In this document: piece by piece, positions 1-13,463 of the stretch | Numbering within the stretch: position 1 is the stretch's first letter | Layout: every line of letters starts with the position of its first letter | Assembly: GCA_964035545.1 (NCBI GenBank) | Contig: OZ037765.1 | Location: 25,853,504-25,917,503 of the forward strand | Length of the DNA: 64,000 nucleotides | Direction: 5' to 3' | DNA from: Bugula neritina | Lineage: Eukaryota; Animalia; Bryozoa | The notes under the pieces: model-generated | The model's input: the letters and a program-made list of their open reading frames with translations, nothing else | What the model was told of the DNA's origin: nothing | Database searches by the model: none | Made by a program: the position numbers and the translations under genes

Positions 1-2627
1 CAGGCAACCGGCAGTAGCCTTTGAACAAGCCTTGAGTAGTAGCATGTCCTACAATGTTACAGCATAGCAAGTCTACATAAAATAATATATTTAGTGTAAT
101 GAATACTCCTGTACTTTGATTTAGTAACCAATGGCGTTATAAAGGCATAAAACAATGCCAAAAAATGTTTCTATTATTAGTAATCAATTACATCACAATT
201 TCGAAAATTGTTGAAGCGAACAAAACATCCATCAGATGAGCTATGAGCATATATAACATATCTTATTGTTGAGCCTTAAGTTTAACTACTTATCAGTCTA
301 AATAAAAATTTGATTTGTCTGGGGTTTAAAATAAAATATATCATAGTGTATTACTATAATCAAGTTCTCTCATCAATAGAGAGTTCAATTAACCTGATCA
401 AGGGAGTTGATGAGGTCTCCGTGAGATGGTAGACTTTCTATTTTGTCAGCCAACTTGACCTCTAGAGTACAAACTTCATTAACATACTCTTTAACCTCAG
501 CTAGAGCCCGGTTCTCCTCTGTCACCACAGCAGAATGCACGGAAGAGCGCCTATAATAATGATATGAAAGACTACTCGAACCAATAACCAAACATGGAAA
601 AAATCATCAGCGCATATTTCTACAAGCAGTGCAGTGATGTGGCTATATTATTATATTCAAAGTTGAATCTCACATGGAATTAAAAAAAACATCAAATCAC
701 TTGCTGATGGCAACATGAACATAAAAGAGATGTCCATATATGATGCATACACAAGTTACTTTAGAAGTGAAATGAAGAATGTATTTGTAGAAATCTGCAT
801 TAGCAGTTGCCTCTTGCCATAATCAGTTAAGTTTGCAGATAGGAAGATCAGAAACGTGAAATGAAAGATAAAGTTAATAACCGTAAGAAACAGCAGGTTA
901 AAAGACCAAAGCTGAGCGTCCTACCTGTGCTTCTGTTTTAGAATGCTCATTTTCCTAAAACAGTGGGTTTCAAAGTTCTCACTCACTCAAATCAACACTG
1001 TTAGTAGTATTCTGATATACTATGTGAGTGAATCACTAGGAAAGTTGTATATATTAGAATAAACCCTTTATTGAATACTACACAAATCTGGGGGTAAACT
1101 AAGTGTACTAACCTGCTGTGACGCACTGCGGGGGCGTCACTCCAGGTGGTACTACCGGCAGACCCTTTCGTCTCTAAAGATACGGTACTGGCCTTCCTTG
1201 ATTCGCTGACTTGTGTGACATACATCAATCTTGAGACCCATAGCTGTCTTGTTTTCGTATTATCAGCTAAAATTACAGTTATGGTAGGTTATTCTGCCCT
1301 CAATACTAATAGACATCTCATCAGTAATGTGAGCTATAATGAAACTGATCACTACTAAAGGGCAATGAAAAAAGAAAGTATTGCACCAGAAGCAATGTGC
1401 AACTCTATCAGAAAAATATTTAAACCAAAATAAGTAAAAACTAAATTCACTCACCACGTAATTTATAGACTTCCCCATTGGCAGCATATATAGTGAAAGT
1501 GACAGAGTCCTCCTCTGATGGAGCTACACTAGCACAGTGTAGATTGATAGCACCACGGGGCTTTTGATTCACCAACTCTTCCCTCTGCAAGGTTGAAAAT
1601 CTTGAATCACTTGAATAGTGCAAACACATTGAACTAATTTAAAAAATTAGGTTTGATTTAATCCCACCTATCACATTAGTTCATTTAGAAAAACAATACA
1701 ATATAAACTATGTAAAAAGTTTTTCAAGGTTTTGTAGACTATACACAAGAGAAAAAATTGGGAAGATGACTTTAGAAATGCAAAATAGGTGTTTATTTCA
1801 TTTTTATTATTTACTAGAACAAAAAAAATAGTAGACGCAGAAAAAAAATTCTGTGAAATTAATTGACACAACATAAGGAAATGCTGGGCCAGTATATTTG
1901 GTAGCATTACGACTTTATTGCACCCACCTCGTAATACTCTACAGTGCCTTGATCTGGATAAAGAACAAACCACCTGTACTGCCATCCTTTCACCACATTG
2001 GTGTATTTGCTTAGTAGACCACGTAATGGTTTGCTACAGTTGATGAAAACATTCAGTAATAAGAAAATTTCAACCATCTCACATTTGCTTATATCCTCAT
2101 AATATATACTGACAAAGCAAATGACATGCTGATCATAAAGTTTAAACCTTTGCTGCACCAGTTTGCTTAGCAGTGTAAAATGAGCGCCTATTAACTATAC
2201 TACTAGACCAATTCTAAAATGAGAAGGCTAGACAGTGAGCCCACTCCACACTACAAAGTACACACTTTAACATAATAGGTAATTTAGCTACGCTTCCATT
2301 TTGTGAAATACTACAGTCAGAAAATAAATTAATAAATCGAAGAATTATTTTCTATTGAGAATATATTTAGCTTATGCGAGGTATTAGAAATAGCATGCTG
2401 ATAGTAGGGTTTGAACTCTGGTAATACCAACTCACTTAGCAATATAGAGTTGGTGCTTCAATGGTTCAAACTCCATTATTAGCATGTTATCATATTTTTA
2501 CATAACATATAACTATGACAATAACAATCTTGCTGTAAACACATTCATTGTAAAAGGAATAGAACTAAATTATCAAGATAATAGCCATAAGTTATAAATA
2601 CCTTAGACTGCTATCTACCACTGCCAT
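1..2627 (-). CDS. OSBPL11: Oxysterol-binding protein-related protein, OSBPL10/11 type (N-terminal PH domain and coiled region); 3' end beyond window
   Basis: Exons 2627-2602, 2033-1928, 1584-1455, 1266-1113, 954-925, 550-394 and 48-<1 have GT-AG ends and matching phases. They give MAVVDSSLSKPLRGLLSKYTNVVKGWQYRWFVL...PRGAINL...VAPSEEDSVTFTIYAANGEVYKLRA...RQLWVSRL (ORP-type PH domain) and SLDQDMLLLKACSKATAGCL, which resembles the OSBPL10/11 'LDQDLLMLKATS' segment. OSBPL10 versus OSBPL11 is not resolvable. Confidence 0.88.
2373..2504. repeat. Short imperfect palindrome (about 130 bp), probable degenerate MITE
   Basis: ATAGCATGCTGATAGTAGGGTTTGAAC...ACCAACTC pairs with GAGTTGGT...GTTCAAACTCCATTATTAGCATGTTAT around a 13-nt loop. 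Confidence 0.55.
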
Positions 2628-4465
2628 AATGAAGCGTATCTCATGATCATGCTATCTAGAATATACAAAAATAAATTTAAAAAAATACCATTAAATAAGT
2701 AATTTATTTATGCAATCTGCCATGAGCTGATGTATAAAAATATTTTGAACCATTGCTAAATTTCATAAATTATTGTGATACAATTGAATACGGTTTCATT
2801 GATTGTTCACACGTAAAAGAACATGAATGAATAAATGTAATCTTTAGATGATCACAGCATCAACTTAAGAATATTTTGCAATGTCGATAATGAAATCTGA
2901 ATTCTGAACTGATGAGACTCAGAAGTTTATAAAAATTATAATCATTTTATAGCTTAATTACTAGGCTATGAGTATGATGAGATTACTTCTTTTTTAGTTT
3001 AGCTTCCCAAATTTAAACTAAAAATAATTTGAGTAACATATTAATTTATATCATAATTTAATTTACTGGTAGTCTGAAACAAGACTAAGTTGCTAGCATT
3101 TTATCATTGGAAGTAAATAAAAATTAGTAAGTCTATTCAAATTTATAAATTTGGAGTATCACAGTGATCTATTAAAATTAATAATAGATTAATACAAACA
3201 TTGGCGGCACTAAGTTTGATGATACATCGAGTATAATTGCATAAAGTTTTTTCAAGTCTATTAACTACAACTAGAACTACACGCAATAACCATAAGTAAA
3301 AAGAAATAATTTGGCAAAAGTAGATGTAATTTATTTTCAATGTGTTTTTATATAATTAAAAGCTTATTATTATCAATTATGTAATTAGTATTTACTACTA
3401 GTATCGCTATTATGATTACTATTTATATTACTATTAGTATTAGTACTTACTTAGTATAAGTATTTCAATTTACTTTCAGTAGAATACCACAATATGATAT
3501 ACAATATGAAATATGAAGATGACTATGAGTATAACATTAACTAATAATAGGTATATAGTATTAATAGTGATACTAATACTAATAGTAATAGTAATAACGA
3601 TACTTATACTATAAGTATAATTTATAAGTGTAACTATAAGTACAAACGTTTTGCTATTACCATTAGTATTACTATTAATTATCACTATGAGTATGAGTAC
3701 GACTATCACCATCAGTATCAGTAACATTAACTGGTTAACAATAACTCTTACTGTTATACTTATAGTTATACTAACTTATACTTATAGTTATTGCAAAATT
3801 AAAAAGCAGAATTATTATGATCAATTAGTAAATTACTAATTAGTATTACTCAATTCGAAAATCAGTCTCAATTTTTTTGAGTCAAGGTCAATTACTTATA
3901 ATTTATTAGTATTACTCAAACTGAAGCTTAAAGTTGACGAGAGAGGAAGTAAAAAATAAAAATCAAAATTTCCATCACTTAAAACTTATAGTTATAACTA
4001 TAAGTTGAAATGTATGTCGCAATTTCATTTTGATTTACAAACTCAAATCTTTAAGTTTAACTCTATCTTTACAGTTATCAGTTATGTTATCATAATGATT
4101 ATCAATATCATTATGATTATGATTTATGTGACTTAACTTATGTCAGATTGAGATTCAGATTGGACTTCGAGTACGCTATGAAAATTGAAACTTAATATGA
4201 GATAAAAGTAAAGTGTAAAATTTTGTACCGGTACGTATTAAGTATTTATTACGTTTGCACATGAACCTCTGAATTACGATTGTAATTATAATTTTTATAA
4301 AGTCATTTAATTTTATTGAGCTGAAGTCAAAAGTCAAGAAATATAAATTAATGGCTCTACATTGAACAATAATTTTTATAGCCTGCGTTTCTAACTTGTA
4401 GAGCTTGCATTTACGAATTAAACAATGCTAGCGAGCCGGGTCAAACAGAGTTTAAGCTTTTACAT

Positions 4466-4902
4466 CAGTGTGGTATATTAAGAGTGTTGCCATTAGCAAA
4501 TCTTACGGAATCATATGGGCGCCATTATGCCGAGATTGGTACCGCGAGTTTATATAAGTTATAAGAGAAAAATTTTGCCACTTTTGTTATTTTATTTTTT
4601 TTCTATTTTATGTGTACATTTTTTTAAAGTTTTTTTATTGGTAAAGTTTTTAAACACATTTTTAATGCACATAAAATTAAAAGAAAAATTAAAACTCAAT
4701 CATGCACATAAATACAAAGCTATAAAGTTCAAGCTTCGCTGTGATTTTAATGTGAATATGAATTGAATAATGCTTGCAATAACCATTATACACAAAATAC
4801 GTTACAGTTGCTATAAATGTAAGACTAGTTAATTGGATGCAAATAAGCACGGTAATACTACTTAATTTATGCTATTTTTGAATTTTGTAGTAAATATTTG
4901 GC

Positions 4903-4967
<65 letters not shown>

Positions 4968-5340
4968 TATATATATATATCCAAAATTTACTAGTCTTAC
5001 ATTTATAGCAACTGTAACATATTTTGTGTAAAATGGTTATTGCAAGCATTATTCAATTCATATTCACATTGTAATCACAGCGAAGCTTAAACTTTATAGC
5101 TTTGTATTTACGTGCATGATTAAGTTTTAATTTTTTTTAAAATTTTATATGTATTGAAAATATGTTTAAAAACTTTACCAATAAACAAAACTAAAAAAAA
5201 TGGACACATAATATAAAAAAAAAAATAAAATCACAAAAGTGGCAAAATTTTTCCTTTATAACTTATATAAACTTGCGGTACCATTAGCGACATAATGATT
5301 TTTTATGGTTTAAAGTCAACACTCTTAATATACCACACTG
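4466..5340. mobile_element. Non-autonomous hAT-type foldback element (MITE) with about 370-bp inverted arms and a central (TA)n
   Basis: Termini CAGTGTGGTATATTAAGAGTGTTG / CAACACTCTTAATATACCACACTG; perfect 8-bp TSD TTTTACAT (4458-4465, 5341-5348). Arms ~4466-4838 and ~4979-5340 are reverse complements. CAG ends plus an 8-bp TSD fit hAT. Confidence 0.88.
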
Positions 5341-5758
5341 TTTTACATAAAAGACAACTCTTTATAAATGGTAAAAAAATTCAAGTAAAGTGAGCCCTAT
5401 TATAATATTGCAACAGACAAAATCTATCGCTTCCAAAATAATAATATGCAGTTATCTACATTCTGTGCAAATAAAATTAAAAATTAATTAATTGACTAGA
5501 AATTTTTTTAGCATTATAATCAATAATAAAAATCAACATGGCAAGTTTTTTTGAAGTTGTACAAAACCGGTATATGACTTTTTCAGTTGCGTTCCGCTTA
5601 TTGCACCCGGTGTTATGAAAATACACTAAAAACTGTTTCACATGGCAGCGAATTTAGTAATCACAAATTGGTGTTGATTGTATTATATTTATGCACCTGT
5701 ACTTGAAATTAAATATATAGGTTTATATTTTGCTAGCTGATTAACATATAATCTGAAA

Positions 5759-8410
5759 ATGTCTTATTGTGAAGAAAAAGGTAAATTGGTAATATTAATA
5801 ATATAAATATTATTATTTATTTATAATTATTAATAATGATAATTTCTTATTTTTATCAACATTTACTTTTAGTTTTACTTTAAGTTTCAGTTTAGTTTTA
5901 CATTATAATAATGATATTCATTATAAAAATTATTAGACATTCATTATGAATATCATTATAATTATTGTTATATAAACCAATAATTATAATTATAATAATA
6001 ATATAATAATTATTATGATTTAGATTACCATTGTGATTGATTTAATTTTATTCAAAGTAAATTTAAAGTACTCATAATATTAAAAATATTAATATTATAA
6101 TTTATATAAATAATACTGATAGTGATAGTTGAATTCGATGTAACACTTACAATTATTTTGAGTTTAACTTACAGTTACTGTTGTCTGTTAGTGTTAGTGA
6201 GAATAATGCAACTACAAGTACAACTGCTATCAGTCAACCAAATGTACTAGCAGTATCAGTCAGTATGACTATGACATTGAGTATGAGTATGACCATATTG
6301 ATATTATTAATAATAATAGTGTATAACTGGTTTCATCCCAGATAGACGCTTCCTAGTTAGACGCTATTTTTCATTTTGGTGCCATATAATTACATAGTTA
6401 TAGTAATATACCTATATATACCTATAAGTATATAGCTGTAGCATTGATTGCTAAATAGCTAAAGTGCTAGCAGCTATAATAGCTAACATGAATTATCTGG
6501 AATAATATTCTAATTTTCATGGATTAGTGTAGGACAAAAACACAGTAATATATTAATAATAAACATCTTTAATTAATGAATACGTTCATAAACGAAATAT
6601 CTGTTCAAACAAGACGCAAAAAATATGTAAATTTATTATGTTAATGCAGATCAAAGAAATTTATTTATGTGCTCAATATGTGCTTTATTTAAATAATCAA
6701 ATAAATTGTACATAAAATATATATTGTACCAATATAAATAAATAGCGTCTATCTGGGAAGCGTCTATCTGGGATGACACCGTATAACTATAACGGTATAA
6801 CCTAAAGGTTAAACTTACTATTATTGGTATTACAGTCTACATGAGTACATGTAGTACTAGTACATATAATCATATGTTGAAATTCAAAGTTTATAATAAA
6901 AAACCAACTGAAAGTCATAATGATGAAAAAAAAATTTGAGTATATTTACCTTCCGCTTTAGTGAAGGACATAGTGATGGCTATGATGGTGAAAACATTTC
7001 TTCAAGTGCAGTGAAAATTAAAGATAGTTGTAGTCCAATGTTATTGTTATAGTTATTCTACTGTTCATAATTTAATCATAATATTTATAAGAAATAATTT
7101 ATAATTATAAAATAATTATTTATTTTTGGCTTTTCCTGCCATCTCCTAGTCTCATCTATTTTGCTGGAGAAACCCTCATAGTTATTGAAAAAAAGCAGTT
7201 GTCGCCATCAAACCAAATGTCCTTTATTTTTATGTAGTTGAAAATATAGATGTTGATTATTTGTTCAATAATTAATACAACTTAGACAAAACACCCATGC
7301 TGAATAGTGGGCGAATATTTGCTATTGGTGTCCACTTTCAATTCATTCATAGCAATCATGATAGCTGATTGAATTATCATGATCAGCTAAAAACAGATTT
7401 TTGTGGTTTGTTTACTCATTCTTTTGCAATCTATGTGATTTTATGTTTTTCAATATTGGAAAAATAATTTTTCTAATGTCTAATGTTAATATGTTATATT
7501 TAGGGAAAGACAAAATCATTTTTGTAAATGAAGAAGACTATAGACAACCCATCAATAGTAAGCTCGCCACAGTTGAACTTGATGAAGAAGAAGGTATTTC
7601 ATATGTAAAGTAGTTATGTGCTCAAATAATAAGTTAGGTAGGAATTCGTTTACAGTATTAGAAAAGTTTTGCTAGCTTTATACTAGAAGATGGGGTACTG
7701 GTATGTCAAAAACTGAATAAAATATTTTGCTTGTTTTCAGCTATAATGGTATTTTCTTTAGCAATCTTTACTAGCTATTACACTTGTAGTTATGATACCA
7801 TCTTGTTAGAAAAAGAAAATGCAAAACAAGACGTCTCTATTATATTATATACCTTATGTAAATGTTCCAACATAGGAAATGGATATGGAACTTATTGTGA
7901 TTAAATAACAGTTTTGGGGCCCTGCAGGCAATCGATAAGTACAATGTAAGACTTGATGTTACAATATTCTCAGTTTGTCTGATTTGTAAATCTAACTTTT
8001 ATTGAAGGTTTAATCAAAGAAAATGGGGAAATAAATTGGGGTTGTCCGTGCTTAGGAGGAATGGCCACTGGCCCATGCGGACAAGAATTCAGGGAGGCTT
8101 TCTCATGTTTTCACTATAGCAAAGAAGAAATGAAAGGTAACCGGCAGTTAAATTGGTTACTTGAAATAAGCATAGTGAAAAGTATATAATTTAAATTGAA
8201 TAAAAAACTTTTCAGGTTTAAATTATTGTAAATATTGAAGGATTCTGATTTGTTTTAGGAAGTGACTGTATAGAACAATTCAAGAAAATGTCGGATTGCA
8301 TGTCTCAATATCCTGATTTATATCCCGAGAATAAAGATGAAACAGAATTGAATGAACCTTCTCCGGATGATGTAAATGCTAGTGAGGAAACCTCTGAAAA
8401 GAACACCTGA
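5759..8410 (+). CDS. CHCHD4: Mitochondrial intermembrane space import and assembly protein MIA40 (130 aa)
   Basis: Exons 5759-5780, 7504-7593, 8008-8136 and 8259-8410 (393 nt): [15 protein letters not shown]...[66 protein letters not shown]. Has the CPC redox motif, twin CX9C and an acidic tail. Confidence 0.97.
6329..6780. mobile_element. MITE with GG termini and 8-bp TSD (Merlin-like), in CHCHD4 intron 1
   Basis: TIR GGTTTCATCCCAGATAGACGCTTCCTAGTTAGACGCTATTT / AAATAGCGTCTATCTGGGAAGCGTCTATCTGGGATGACACC with an internally repeated motif; TSD GTATAACT at 6321-6328 and 6781-6788. The superfamily is inferred from the termini and TSD length only. Confidence 0.8.
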
Positions 8411-8727
8411 TACTTGCATTGACATGACAAAGACGTGTGAACAAGTTTAGAAGTAGTTGATCAGTGATGTGTCGATCAATATGATTATTGATGAAAATTG
8501 AAGGACCATTATCTATGTATTGTATTGTGTATATAAATGGTCAGTTAAATAGACGTGTACATAATGAATTTTGCAAATTTGTCTTTATTTGCTCAATAGG
8601 AAAATTTCAAGATGTTAGCGGGTGACAAATTAATTTAAAATTGGATAAAAAAGTAATAATAAAAATAATACACAAATATTATAAATTATAGTGTTGTTCC
8701 ATATATACCAGATGTTGATTTTCTTTT

Positions 8728-11700
8728 TCAATTATCAGTGTCCTCAGTATCACCTGAGCAAAATGTGTCATTTAGCTGCGAACAGTTCAACGCTGCCATA
8801 CTGGCTATTTTAGCGAAATCTATATCGACATTCGGTGGAGACTCATCCTCATTGTACTCATATTTTAACTTCTGCGAGTTCTTTCCTTGTTCTGCAAAGT
8901 TAAAATTGGATAGAACTTTAATAAACTATAACCAATGCCTTTCATAACCTACTTCAGATTACACTTCATAACTCAAATTATGTTACAAGCAATATTCTTT
9001 TAGTTATACAACACACATCAGTTATTAATGACAATCCCAATAGGCATCATGATGCCGTAAATTTTATAATCTGCCTAGAACTATACAGGCAACATGGATT
9101 AAGGGTTTCCATGATACTCCATAAGCGTATTTTGTGACCAGAAGCTCCTTATATTAACAACAACCCTGTCTGGGCTTTGGTGTACCAACTCAATGTTAAT
9201 CATGTATATCTCCAGCGAATAAACCACAGCTGCTGCTTTATTTTATTATTAAAACATCAGTTTGAAACAGTTGATGCACTCTATTTATTGCACAACGTGC
9301 ATGTTATTTTTATGAAGGTGATAGTTTTTGTAATATTTTAGTGTAGAAGTCATGGGTGAATTTTTTTAGTGAATTCAAAATAGCTGAGCTCAAACTTCAC
9401 ACATTTAAAAATTTCCTGAAGATACATGTTATGGCAAGATGATTATGACTAAAACTATGTTGATTCTCATCAACTAAATTGTATTTCCAATGTCAAACCT
9501 GGTGAAGTTGATTTATGATGGACATGCTTTGCTGCCGATTTCACCAGGCCTTTAATATCTCGCTTCTCTACAATTTCTCTACTGATCCTTGCCAATTGCT
9601 CCCGAGATTTTCCATCTGGTTCTGACATCAACTTCTCTCTGTTAACCTGTTCCTTTGCTAGCTCAGTAATAACACCTGCAAACACATTCTATTATCAGCA
9701 GGTCTTGCTGTGTTCAACTGAAACGAATCGATATCGAATGACTACTTTGAAATACGAATGTTTCAAATTGTCAAACTTTGAATGACAGGAGGAGCTGCTT
9801 AGCATACACATACAAAACATACATGAGAAAATGTGTGGTAAACAACTTTTGATGTTCATATGTATTGATAGAACGATAATAAATAATGTATCAATTAAAA
9901 AGTAACAATACTCTACCATTAAGTTCTCGAAAAAGAAAATATTCATATTGCCGTCTCAGTTCCGCCTCCTCACTATAATCGTCCAATAAGGTGTCATCAC
10001 CATTTGATTCTTCACATTTTCCAGTATCAACAAATACCTGGTCAATCACAGGCTCATTCTGAACAGATACAGGAAGTACTGTTACCTCCGTCTTCAACAG
10101 ATTGCATTCCTCTTCACTAAAACATTTTGAGAATATGAGAGAAATTCAAATCTGCATTCTAAAACATTTAAACTAGATATTGAGTTAGAAAACCAAGGTT
10201 GCAAACAGTTTTTACTTTCTACAACACATCACAATCAATGAATAAAACTTTCGATTTAAAGGACCTTGGCCACCTGGCATTATCATATTTGATTAGAAAA
10301 TTTGAGATGAATTGGTTCAACTTGACATTGAAATACAAAATCCATCAAAATTATATAAAATTAATATCCCCTAACATAGAAAGGTCAAAGTGTTCCTGGA
10401 ATACGTTATGTAAGGCTAATCGATACTTTTATAGTGTCAGTTTGTTGAGCCAGTAGACTTTAAGCTTTCCAATGATACAAAAATCCTAGGCCATGAAGAT
10501 CGTTGTAAATGATAATTTGTGCACTAACAATAATTAGAACATGCTTTGATCACCAAGGTGACGTTATAACATTGAACTAACAAACTAGTGCATTTAGAAG
10601 CTTCAACCTGTCTCATCATAATATCAACACTGAAATGGGTTTCAAAATCTCAGAGAAATCAGGTTGGAATTATAAAATAATTCAATAGTTTGTCTACAAT
10701 CATAATTTTAATAGCAAAAAAGGAGTCAACAACATGATGATGAGTAAACAAAAACACATTTGCTAGGCTTACTATTTGTGTTGATATGGTGACTTTTTCT
10801 TTCTGCATGCCAGTTCTAGACAAGACGAGCAATCTGAAATTTGCTGCTTAATATCCATATACATATCATCAGTCAGAACTTCAGTGTCTGCGAGTTTAAC
10901 CAATCTTAACAGCTCACGGGAGTGTAAATACAGACTGTGAAGTGCCAGTCTGTTATCTGGCACCGTCTTGACACTACTAAATTTTACCTTTGGCTCCAAT
11001 TCACCATCAAGCACCATTTTTCTAAATTTGAGGGCGTTTTTCAGTTGGAGAGGATAATTATAAGCTTTCAATTTCAACAACTGATTAGCTAATGTCTTCA
11101 TGTCATCATTGCTGGTGAGTATTAAAAGAGTTGTGTAAAAGATCCACTCAGATGTCAACACTGCCAATATCTTGTGATGCTTCTAAAAAAAAAAAATCAT
11201 TTTTTACAGCCATTTATTTTAAATTTTTTGCTGTGAATATTGCCTAATGAAAAACTAGAATGGCATATACTTGGTCAAAGTCAATTAAAAAAAAAGTAAT
11301 AAAATATATCTGGAAAAACATGCAAAGGCTTCGATTATCTACATTAAAGCAAAAGTTTCTTGCTAAAAAGCTCAGACTTTCAAATTGCTGTCCATGTGCA
11401 AGGCATTGCTGCTATTCAAAGTTGTTAAATATCTGAAACTAACCATGTCTTGAAAACTTCTGACTCTGAATATAAGTATGTTAATTTAATTATATTTCAA
11501 CAGCAGGATTCAAACCTGTAAAGTTGGCATGTCACACTGCAATATAGGACACTCCCTGTCTGTGAGCATTAAGCCCAGCTCGGACACAACAGATTGATTG
11601 ACTAGTGAGTGGAGATAGGCTATATCCGATTGCAGAGATGATATGCTATGCATCAGGTAAAGCTGTGCGCTCTGTCTTATAAATAGAGTTGTCTTATCAG

Positions 11701-13393
11701 CTGTTTGTGATAATGTCCCTCCTCTACCAGTTCTCAAGCTAAATTGAAACGAAGAAACACCAATCTATAAAGCACTATAAAATCAACCTGGTCTTGCATT
11801 TCCATGTCTTCAAAGAGATGAACAAATCATTAAGTTTACTGCAGTAAATAAGGCTTTTCAAATTGCAAATTACTCTTTAACAGTTGCATAATTTGGAGAC
11901 ACAAATTTGCCCATCGAATCAAAGCGATAAGTTTTCAATAACCCACGACCTTTGTAAACATTCAGCTGCCATAAATCATAGACATATTAAACAGAGTATA
12001 AACGGATGATTCACAGCAAAGGAAAACCCTAATCACTGTAATAAATTAATTCATCAGATCGGGTCTAAAATCGGGTCTAAAAGCTTAAAATTTGTATGCT
12101 TGAAATCTTTTTGACATGTCAACATTATTATGTCAACAACAAAATTGCTGCCAAGTTAGAAAAAAAATTTAAATTAAAACTCTAAGCAGTCACACTGAAA
12201 CTGTGTTCTAGAAAATGGTTTTAGAGTTGATAGAATTGAAAATAAAATTATGCCAAACCCAAGACCTTAGCCTCAGATCCGTGTAAAATAAATTTACCGA
12301 AGAGTACTCAGGTGAATCAACTGAACCTCCTTACAAAACTGCTGAATAGATTTCCACAGAGATTCTGACTGCTCAAAGATGTTGATAATATTAAATACAT
12401 GATCTCTAGCACACCGGAGCTGCTTCGTCAAAACTTGTGTCAGGATCTGTTGAATAAGTGGAAAACCAAAATTCACCACAAAACTTGCCAGTAGAGTCAC
12501 TTTCAGAGGATTGGATTTATGAGCTACGCATGCTATACATGCTATGCCATGTACCACCAACCTGAAACAAAACATAGTATAGAGTAAGATGACGGCAACA
12601 ATTAAACAGCTATAAATTTCGTATGTGCTGTTGCAATGCTGCTGAGCTAAGAGCTGTCTGCTTTAACACATCTATTATATTCAATTTTGGAAATATTTTT
12701 CTCATGTTTTAACTTTCCTTAACGCTTGTAAATTGTGATGATTGAGTAAGAGGCAACAATTGGTCATTTCAAGTGAGCTAGGTTTAACAAACTCTGTAAA
12801 ATGTAACAACTACTACTTTATTAACCTTATATCAACTTTTAAGGTCCTGGTGAGTTGCAAAACCACAACACAGGATGATAGCAACAACAGAAAATTGTAA
12901 ATAGTAAACATAACCAAATTCCGACAACAGCAGCTGTTGGTTTACCATCTTTCGGAATAAAAGTAGTAGTGGAGCATGCCACACACATAAATAAAGGTGT
13001 GTGAAAAAGTTACAAAAAATTGTACAGTATGATTAGTGAATATTGAACAGCTTTTGCATCATTTATCAACTTCAACAGTTGTAATGATAAAAAAAAATAT
13101 TTAAAGAAATTAGTGTAATAAACCAGTTTTTATAAACATTTTTACATCAAATAGCCACCCCTATAGTAATGCAGACTAAACAGAACTCACTGATGACAAC
13201 AAGGTTGATAACAACTAGGAGAATTAGTATGTGGGAAATAGGTCTCCAAGAAGGCAGTTAACACATTATGATGTTCTTCTATCAAGCAACACGAATTCAT
13301 TAAACCCTTCACTATGAGATTCTTCAACAGTCCTTCCTCCTGTAATTTTCACCACACTATTCTTCAGAATATCTACTTATAATTATCTATGGT

Positions 13394-13463
<70 letters not shown>

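Noticed and set aside
2905-2930. CTGATGAG as a hammerhead core (also minus-strand hits near 1320 and 20550)
   Set aside because: No stem II followed by GAAA, and no stem I or III.
3476-3839. ORFs rich in I/T/S/N (also 21746-22006, 24523-24756)
   Set aside because: Products of low-complexity AT-rich tracts; no splice context or recognisable domain.
4867-5049. IYIYIY-containing ORFs (also 43049-43252, 53485-53811)
   Set aside because: Translations of (TA)n microsatellites.
12945-13051. Possible extra VEZT exon or AT-AC (U12) intron
   Set aside because: Weak acceptor, no U12 donor or branch consensus; direct 13191-to-12561 splicing already keeps the frame.
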